Origin: Oligoflexia bacterium
GTDB lineage: Bacteria; Bdellovibrionota; UBA1018
Direction of reading: 5' to 3'
Assembly: GCA_023700925.1 (NCBI GenBank)
Contig: JAMPXZ010000001.1
Span: forward strand, 1-48,173
Length of the DNA stretch: 48,173 nucleotides
Shown here: positions 41,008 through 48,173 of the stretch, piece by piece
Layout: every line of letters starts with the position of its first letter
How positions within the stretch are numbered: position 1 is the stretch's first letter
Program-made: the position numbers and the translations under genes
Notes under the pieces: generated by a model
Told to the model about the DNA's origin: nothing
Seen by the model: only the letters and a program-made list of their open reading frames with translations
The model's database searches: none

Positions 41008-41457
41008 TCAGGCCACCTTCTTCGTGGGCATCTTCTCGCTGGCCTGGTCCTTGATCCGGTCGAAGTAGCGCTCGTGCTCGTCCTCGCTCGCGCGAACGCG
41101 GCGCAGGAGTCCCTTCACCGGCTCCGGTACGCTCCACTCGGTCAGCGCCTCGTCGTACAGGCCGCGGAGCTTCGCTTCACTCTCCCGCAACGCCTCGACC
41201 ATCGGCCGCGCTCCGCTCATGCGGGGCGCCTGCCAGTCGCGGCCCCGCGGGAACTCCAGCGGTTCCCCGCCAAAAACGCGAATCATCTCCGAAAGGTCGC
41301 GAAAATGGTGCTCATGCTCCGTCCGGAACCGGCTGAGCTCTTCGCGGGCCCCGTCCTGCTCGACGTGGTTCATCGCCTCTTCGTAGAGCTGGATCAGGTC
41401 GCCGTGGCAGACGGCGAGCGACTGCAGTTTTCTGGTAATGGCTCTTTGCTCCAGCAT
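41008..41457 (-). CDS. Ferritin-like four-helix-bundle protein (DUF2383/PA2169-like by pattern)
   Basis: 149 aa. Helical pattern with Glu/His pairs (LYEEAMNHVEQ.., FRTEHEHHFRDLSEMI.., LRESEAKLRGLYDEAL.., ASEDEHERYFDRI). ATG 41457 lies 6 nt after GAGGGA; the TTG start at 41505 in the ORF track is rejected. Confidence 0.55.
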   Translation of the reverse strand: MLEQRAITRKLQSLAVCHGDLIQLYEEAMNHVEQDGAREELSRFRTEHEHHFRDLSEMIRVFGGEPLEFPRGRDWQAPRMSGARPMVEALRESEAKLRGLYDEALTEWSVPEPVKGLLRRVRASEDEHERYFDRIKDQASEKMPTKKVA

Positions 41458-41482
41458 GGTGGATCCCTCTGTGGTGGGGTCA

Positions 41483-41498
41483 AGCAATCCCGAAGCCA
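41483..41498 (-). promoter_or_regulatory. Candidate sigma54 (-24/-12) promoter of the ferritin-like gene
   Basis: Minus strand reads TGGCTT-CGGGA-TTGCT with exact canonical spacing, in the 51-nt gap after the csoR stop. TTGC lies 26 nt before the ATG. Confidence 0.55.
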
Positions 41499-41508
41499 GA
41501 GCCAACTG

Positions 41509-41877
41509 CTATTTGCTCGTTTTCCCGAACTGGCGGATCACCTCGAGCAGCTCGGCGATCTCCTCCTCGCCGCGGCCCGAGCGCAGCGCATTGCGCACGC
41601 AGCCGTGGGTATGATCCTCGAGAAGCTGCATCGCCACCGCGTCGAGCGCCGATTTGATGGCGCTGACCTGGGTGAGGATTTCCACGCAGTAGCGGTCCTC
41701 TTCGACCATCCTGGCGATGCCCTTGAGCTGGCCGGCGGCTCGGTTGAGGCGGGCGAGGAGCTCCGCCTTGTGCGGCTGGACGACCCGGCGGCCGCGTGAA
41801 GCACCGGCGGCGCTCTCTTCGGGGCACGAGTGGCAGGCCGCTTTGCGCCGCTGCCGGGTTTTAGCCGACGACGTCAT
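41509..41877 (-). CDS. csoR: CsoR-family copper-sensing transcriptional repressor
   Basis: ..[56 protein letters not shown].. (C-H-C ligand pattern). ATG 41877 overlaps the copZ 3' end by 17 nt. Confidence 0.88.
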   Translation of the reverse strand: MTSSAKTRQRRKAACHSCPEESAAGASRGRRVVQPHKAELLARLNRAAGQLKGIARMVEEDRYCVEILTQVSAIKSALDAVAMQLLEDHTHGCVRNALRSGRGEEEIAELLEVIRQFGKTSK

Positions 41878-42070
41878 AGCCGGCGCTCTCGATGGCGGCC
41901 TTGAGGTCTTCGACGCGGGTCTGGCCGCTCTCATAGGCGACGGTTACGTTGCCCTGGTCAAGCGAGATGTCGATCGTGCGCACGCCGGCGAGCGGCTGCA
42001 GGATCTTTTTGACGTTGTTCACGCAGCCCATGCAGGTCATGCCTTCGACTTTGAGGGTGATGGTTTCCAT
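41861..42070 (-). CDS. copZ: Copper chaperone CopZ (HMA domain)
   Basis: 69 aa. [20 protein letters not shown].., a ferredoxin-like HMA fold. AAGGAGG lies inside the copA 3' end. Confidence 0.9.
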   Translation of the reverse strand: METITLKVEGMTCMGCVNNVKKILQPLAGVRTIDISLDQGNVTVAYESGQTRVEDLKAAIESAGYDVVG

Positions 42071-42073
42071 GTT

Positions 42074-44299
42074 TCAAGAGCCTCCTTGAGGGGTAGGGCG
42101 CTTCCACCGGTTGAGCAGAAGCGAGTTACTGACGACGGACACCGAGCTCAGCGCCATCGCGGCGCCCGCGATCACGGGATTGAGCAGCCCGAGCGCCGCG
42201 AGCGGGATTCCGAGGATGTTGTAGACGAAAGCGAAGAAGAGGTTCTGACGGATCTTGCGGAGAGTGGCCCGGGAGAGGTCAATGGCGTCGGCTACGCCGC
42301 CAAGATCGTCGCGCATCAGTGTGATATCCGCGGCCTCGATCGCTATATCCGAACCGCTCGCGACAGCGAAGCTGACATCCGCGGCCGCGAGGGCCGGAGC
42401 GTCGTTGATCCCATCGCCCGCCATGGCGACCGTGAGGCCGGAGCTCTTGAGCCGGCGGACCTCCTCGGCCTTGTGCTGAGGCAGGATCTCGGCTCGGAAG
42501 CGGGTGATCCCCGCCTCGCGCGCGATCGCGGCCGCCGTCGCGGACTGGTCGCCGGTAAGCATGACGACCTCTATCCCGAGCTGCCGAAGGCGGGTGAGCG
42601 CCGCGAGTGACTGCGGCCGGAGCGGATCGGCGATCCCCAGCAGGCCTGCCAGGACGCCTTCGCGCGAAACGGCGATCACCGACTTCCCGCCAACGGCGAG
42701 CCGCGAGATCGCGGCGGGATCGGTGATGATGCCGGCTTCGGCGAGGAAGGCCGGGGAGCCGACGCGGACGAGCGCGCCGTTCACCCTTCCCTCGAGCCCT
42801 TTTCCCGCAACGGAGCGGAACGCTTCCGGAGTGCCGAGGGGGGCGGAGCGCTCGCGCGCCGCTTCGAGGACCGCCTTGGCGAGCGGATGCCCCGACCCCT
42901 GCTCGAGCGAAGCGGCCAGGCCGAGGAGCTCGCGTTCGCTCACGCCGTCGGCGGGGAGACAGTCGGTGACCTGGGGTTTGCCCTCCGTCAGGGTTCCGGT
43001 CTTGTCCACGGCGAGCACGCGCACCTTGCCCGCGCGTTCGAGGGCGGCGGCGTTGCGCAGGAGAAGGCCCGAGAGGGCGCCCCTTCCCGTGGCCACCATG
43101 ATCGCGGTGGGTGTGGCGAGTCCCAGCGCGCAGGGGCAGGCGATGACCAGGACCGCGACGGCGTGGATCAGCGCGGTGGCGAACGAACCGGTGAGCAGCA
43201 CGGTGGCCGCGAAGGTCAGGAGCGCGACGACCGTGACGGTGGGGACGAAGATGCCGGAGATCCGGTCCGCGACCCGTTGGATGGGCGCTTTGGAGCCCTG
43301 GGCTTCTTCCACGAGGCGCACGATCTCGGCGAGCACGGTCCGCTCGCCGACGCCCGTGGCGCGGCAACGGAGCATGCCGTCGCCGTTCTGCGTCCCGGCC
43401 AGGACACGGGCGCCCATTTCCTTGGTGACCGGCAGGCTTTCGCCCGTCAGCAGGCTTTCATCGATGGCGGAGTGGCCGTCGAGAACCTCGCCGTCGACCG
43501 GCACGCGCTCGCCCGAGCGGACGATGAAAACGGTCCCCGCGGTCAGCTCCGCCAGGCTCACCTCGAGAACCTGTCCGTCCCGCTCGATGCGCGCGGTCTT
43601 CGGCTGCAGCCGGATGAGGCGTTCGATGGCCAGCGAGGTGCGGCCCTTGGCGCGCGCTTCGAGCAGCTTGCCCATCAGCACCAGGGTGATGATGGCGGTA
43701 CTGGCTTCGAAGTAGACATGCTCGTGACGGAGCCCCAGAAGCGTGATCGCCGCACTGAAGAGGTAGGCGGCGCTGGTTCCCAGCGCGACGAGGACGTCCA
43801 TGTTCGCGCCACCGCCGCGCAGGGAGTGCCAGGAGCCCCGATAAAAGCGCCAGCCGACCCAGAACTGCACCGGAGTCGCCAGGGCGAGCTGAAGCCAGCG
43901 CGGGAGCGGGTCCTCGAAATGGGAAACCGAGCCGAAAAGCCCGCTCACTCCGCTCGCGGTGAACATCACGGCCATCTGATAGAAAAAGGGCGCGGTGAGC
44001 GCCGCCGCGAGCAGGAATCGCCGGAGCTCGGCCGCGTAGACCGCGGCTCGTTGCGCACGGTCGGCCTGGCGGGAGTCCTCGGTGATCACGCGAGCATGGT
44101 AGCCGGCGCGCTCGACCGCGGCGATCAGTCCGGCGACATCGATCCGGGCCGGATCGAAGCGGACCCGGGCCTTCTCGGCCGCGAGATTCACGTTCGCGGA
44201 GACGCCCGGGGTGCGGTTAAGGACCTTTTCCACCCGGGCTGAGCAGGCGGCGCAGGTCATTCCCTGGATCGAAAGCTCGGCATTCACGTCGTTCGGCAT
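42074..44299 (-). CDS. copA: Copper-translocating P1B-type ATPase
   Basis: One N-terminal HMA domain (GMTCAACSARV), a TM CPC motif (ACPCALGLATP), DKTGTLTEG, MLTGDQ, GDGINDAPAL. Confidence 0.95.
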   Translation of the reverse strand: MPNDVNAELSIQGMTCAACSARVEKVLNRTPGVSANVNLAAEKARVRFDPARIDVAGLIAAVERAGYHARVITEDSRQADRAQRAAVYAAELRRFLLAAALTAPFFYQMAVMFTASGVSGLFGSVSHFEDPLPRWLQLALATPVQFWVGWRFYRGSWHSLRGGGANMDVLVALGTSAAYLFSAAITLLGLRHEHVYFEASTAIITLVLMGKLLEARAKGRTSLAIERLIRLQPKTARIERDGQVLEVSLAELTAGTVFIVRSGERVPVDGEVLDGHSAIDESLLTGESLPVTKEMGARVLAGTQNGDGMLRCRATGVGERTVLAEIVRLVEEAQGSKAPIQRVADRISGIFVPTVTVVALLTFAATVLLTGSFATALIHAVAVLVIACPCALGLATPTAIMVATGRGALSGLLLRNAAALERAGKVRVLAVDKTGTLTEGKPQVTDCLPADGVSERELLGLAASLEQGSGHPLAKAVLEAARERSAPLGTPEAFRSVAGKGLEGRVNGALVRVGSPAFLAEAGIITDPAAISRLAVGGKSVIAVSREGVLAGLLGIADPLRPQSLAALTRLRQLGIEVVMLTGDQSATAAAIAREAGITRFRAEILPQHKAEEVRRLKSSGLTVAMAGDGINDAPALAAADVSFAVASGSDIAIEAADITLMRDDLGGVADAIDLSRATLRKIRQNLFFAFVYNILGIPLAALGLLNPVIAGAAMALSSVSVVSNSLLLNRWKRPTPQGGS

Positions 44300-44305
44300 G
44301 CCTCA

Positions 44306-44335
44306 CTTATATACCCCCGGGGGGTATCATGTCAA
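44306..44335 (-). promoter_or_regulatory. Candidate sigma70 promoter of copA-copZ-csoR (TTGACA, then TATATA/TATAAG at a 16-18 nt spacer)
   Basis: Minus strand reads TTGACA tgataccccccgggggTATATAAG tgaggc ATG. The -10 region ends only 6-8 nt before the copA ATG. Confidence 0.55.
44311..44327. promoter_or_regulatory. CsoR-type operator: perfect inverted repeat ATACCCCC-G-GGGGGTAT
   Basis: The 8-bp arms are exact reverse complements, and the repeat lies in the promoter spacer of an operon that encodes CsoR. C-tract/G-tract palindromes of the TACCC..GGGTA type are the known CsoR operator style. Confidence 0.7.
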
Positions 44336-44345
44336 GCGGGCCCGG

Positions 44346-45815
<1,470 letters not shown>

Positions 45816-45825
45816 GTTGCTCTCC

Positions 45826-47892
45826 TTATCCTTCCATTCGCGGCGGAACGGTTGCTTTGGGTGTCCTGGCCTTCAGCGAGCTCGACATTCTCGCCAGAAG
45901 GCCGTCAAAGATCGAGGCTAGCGGCGCGCGCGCCGGTTTGCGCTCGGAGTTGAAGGCGGGATGCGCCGGTCCCGTGGCATGGATCGGCAGCTTGATGCGG
46001 AAGGAGCTTCCCTCGTTCCTTCCGCTGCGCACCTCGACCTTGCCCTGGTGCATCTCCACGAAGTAGCGCGTGAGGTAGAGGCCGAGGCCGGTGCCGGCCA
46101 CGGTGCTCGTGGCCTCGTTCTTGGCCCGGTAGAAGCGGGTGAAAAGGCTCTGCAGCTCCTCTTCGGTCATGCCGAAACCCTGATCCGCGACGGAGATCTC
46201 GACCCATTCGCCGGTTTCGTCGGCGACCTCGCGCGACTCGATCGCGATGCGCGAGCCGGCGGGGGAGTACTTCAACGCGTTGTCGATCAGGTTGTTGAGC
46301 ACCTTGGAGATCAGGGTGGAGTCGATCCGGATCGGGAAGAGCGGCTCGAGCGAGACCGCGAGCTCGATCTGCTTGGCCCGGGCCGGGGCTTTGAACGATT
46401 CGAGCGAGCGCTCGATCAGCTGATTGATGTCGCGCGACTCGAGGCTGAGCTGCATCCGCTTGGATTCGACCTTGTGCAGCTCGAGGATGCTGGAGATGAA
46501 GCGATTGAGCTCTTCGGTGGAGCCGATGATGTGATGGATCGTCTCCTTGTCGCGGTCGAGCAGGCGGTCGGAGGCCTTGCGCAGCAGGACCTCGGCGAGG
46601 CCCTGGATCCTCGCGACCGGCGTCTTGAGATCGTGGGTCACGAGCGAGAGGAAATTGGTCTTCAGCTCCTCGACCTGGATCAGGAGCTGGTTCTTGCGCT
46701 GATAGTCCCAGCGTTTCTTGTACTCGCGGATGAGGCGGTACGGGACGGCGAGGTAGTAGCCGAGGATGATCGCGATGAGCGGCTGGCTTTCGCGTAGCCA
46801 GATCCCCTGGAAGCGATAGAGCGCTCCGGAGACGGCGAAGAACGCGCCGGCCAGCGCGATGGTCGCGAAAACGCCCGCGAGCGGGCTCGAGTTCAGCACC
46901 CACCAGAGCACGAAGACGGCGACGCCGAAGGTGAGCAGGGCATTGAGCCACCGGGGGGCGGGGACGATGCTTTCGCGGTGGGTCAGCGAATCGAGGATGT
47001 TGGCGTGCAGGACCAGCTTGGGACTGGAGAACGCGATCTTCGAGTAGGGCGTGAACGCCCAGTCCGACGAGTTGTCCTTCGAAAGCGTCCCGACCAGCAG
47101 CGTCTTGCCCCGGAGCGCCTTGGGAGGGAGCTTGTTCCGCAGGATGTCGTAGAACGAAACGCGGGGGTAGCCGCCGAGCTGATCCGTGCCGACGTCGGGA
47201 CGGTGGGCGGTGTTGCCATGGTACTGAAAGAGGAAGTACCAGCCTTCGACCTCCGGCACCGAGTAGGCGCCCGTGGGAAGCCAGTCGGGCTTGACCGTGT
47301 CGAGCGCTCGCGCAAGCTCCAGGTGGAATGCCGGCTTGCCATCCAACGTGAGCAGTGCCCGGCGAGTGACCTTGTCCTCGCCGAAGACGTTGCCGTCCTT
47401 GTGGACCACCGCGAGCGAATGAGGCAGCGAGCTGAGCGGATAGGGCGGAAGGACTTCTCCCGTCACGTCGTAAGGCGTGCCAAGCACGACCGGCGTGCCG
47501 TGGTCCTGGAGGCGTTCGGCGGCTTTCACGAAGCGCGTGGCCCAGTCCCCCTGGAAGTGCCCCGGATTGGCCTGGCTCACCTGGTTGAAATCGATGACGT
47601 AGCCCACCGCGCGCGGTTCGAGGCGTTCAGCGGCTTCGAGGAAAAGCGCATGGGAATCCAGCGCCAGGGGGGCGAACTCGTCGAGTGCCTTCGTCGTGGC
47701 GTCGTCCAGGGTGACGAGGACGATATCCGGGTCGGCGGTGAACCCGCGGGCGCGCGAAACGCGCAGATCGTAAAGGCCCGCTTCGATGATGCCGAAGTCG
47801 AAGTTCAAAAGCATCCCCGTGAGCCCCGCTGAAGCAGCGAGGATCAGAAGCAGCTTTTCATTTCTTCGAAGATACGATTTAAAATCCCACAT
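45826..47892 (-). CDS. CHASE2-domain sensor histidine kinase
   Basis: N-terminal TM helix, about 300 aa of CHASE2-like extracytoplasmic region (IVLVTLDDATTKAL..HALFLE.., VVLGTPY.., LHANILDSL), three TM helices, an H-box (LVTHDLKTPV) and HATPase N/G boxes (NLIDNALKY, DQGFGM, GTGLGL). ATG 47892 is preferred over the TTG at 47934, which would overlap the promoter. Confidence 0.82.
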   Translation of the reverse strand: MWDFKSYLRRNEKLLLILAASAGLTGMLLNFDFGIIEAGLYDLRVSRARGFTADPDIVLVTLDDATTKALDEFAPLALDSHALFLEAAERLEPRAVGYVIDFNQVSQANPGHFQGDWATRFVKAAERLQDHGTPVVLGTPYDVTGEVLPPYPLSSLPHSLAVVHKDGNVFGEDKVTRRALLTLDGKPAFHLELARALDTVKPDWLPTGAYSVPEVEGWYFLFQYHGNTAHRPDVGTDQLGGYPRVSFYDILRNKLPPKALRGKTLLVGTLSKDNSSDWAFTPYSKIAFSSPKLVLHANILDSLTHRESIVPAPRWLNALLTFGVAVFVLWWVLNSSPLAGVFATIALAGAFFAVSGALYRFQGIWLRESQPLIAIILGYYLAVPYRLIREYKKRWDYQRKNQLLIQVEELKTNFLSLVTHDLKTPVARIQGLAEVLLRKASDRLLDRDKETIHHIIGSTEELNRFISSILELHKVESKRMQLSLESRDINQLIERSLESFKAPARAKQIELAVSLEPLFPIRIDSTLISKVLNNLIDNALKYSPAGSRIAIESREVADETGEWVEISVADQGFGMTEEELQSLFTRFYRAKNEATSTVAGTGLGLYLTRYFVEMHQGKVEVRSGRNEGSSFRIKLPIHATGPAHPAFNSERKPARAPLASIFDGLLARMSSSLKARTPKATVPPRMEG

Positions 47893-47929
47893 AAGTAAGC
47901 AGGTCCGAATGACGCTTAGGCTAAGTTTG

Positions 47930-47945
47930 AGCAAGGCTTATACCA
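47930..47945 (-). promoter_or_regulatory. Candidate sigma54 (-24/-12) promoter of the CHASE2-HK/NtrC operon
   Basis: Minus strand reads TGGTAT-AAGCC-TTGCT with exact canonical spacing, and 38 nt between TTGC and ATG 47892. Confidence 0.6.
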
Positions 47946-48046
47946 GCGGGTGACATTTTGCACCACCCCCCTCAACCATGAGGATTTCAGCCTGAGGCAG
48001 TGTCCAAAGATTAGACAGCTGTGAATCGGGAGTGTACTGCTGGACC

Positions 48047-48173
48047 ATGACTCCCACCGACCTGGCTCCGATCGTTTATGAATACGGCTTCGATACGCTT
48101 TACAACGATCTGGACCCGTACAATCACCTGAACTCGTCCCGTTACCTGGACTACGTCGTCTCGTCGCGAAATC
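48047..48173 (+). CDS. Hotdog-fold (4HBT/YbgC-like) thioesterase family protein; only the N-terminal 42 codons are in the window
   Basis: My own translation from ATG 48047: MTPTDLAPIVYEYGFDTLYNDLDPYNHLNSSRYLDYVVSSRN. It is open to the window end, and the D-x-D-x-x-x-H-L-N-x-x-x-Y-L-x-Y pattern resembles the thioesterase active-site region. Not in the ORF track because it is truncated. Confidence 0.4.
   Translation, partial: MTPTDLAPIVYEYGFDTLYNDLDPYNHLNSSRYLDYVVSSRN

Overview
GC-rich chromosomal segment from a Gram-negative bacterium (third codon positions are mostly G/C). It is almost fully coding, and I found no mobile elements, CRISPR arrays, rRNA or tRNA genes. Gene content from left to right: (1) the end of a Bat-type aerotolerance operon (BatA-like, a BatB/BatC-like fusion, BatD-like), directly followed by a type III glutamine synthetase. 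(2) An isolated two-gene unit of an orphan ParA ATPase plus a low-complexity partner, divergent from ribF. (3) A large type IV pilus (T4P) locus whose order matches the Myxococcus xanthus-type pil locus: pilB-pilT-pilC, a sigma54 activator, inverted pilA, a PilG-like gene with an ABC ATPase and permease, pilD, an unknown membrane ORF, pilM-N-O-P-Q and a TPR gene. (4) efp-accB-accC, a TPR-like gene, and tamB coupled to a BamA-sized Omp85 gene. (5) A multi-TM PAS histidine kinase with a LuxR-type response regulator. (6) rplM-rpsI. (7) On the right, a block with two uncharacterised helical proteins, ppiC, a copA-copZ-csoR copper operon and a CHASE2 histidine kinase/NtrC-type regulator operon. The window ends in a partial hotdog-thioesterase-like ORF. 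Many neighbouring genes overlap by 4 nt (ATGA), which indicates translational coupling. I see no obvious defence or mobile system. The most interesting signals are regulatory or uncharacterised: correctly spaced -24/-12 (sigma54-type) promoters in front of two unknown genes and the CHASE2-HK/NtrC operon; a receiver-less sigma54 activator abutting pilC in frame, while pilA has a sigma70-type promoter; a ParA plus disordered-partner module; and a perfect CsoR-type palindrome inside the spacer of a consensus-like promoter that implies a leaderless copA mRNA. All functional calls come from reading motifs in the supplied translations. No database search was run. The lineage guess (Myxococcota/Bdellovibrionota-like) is inference from pil gene order only.
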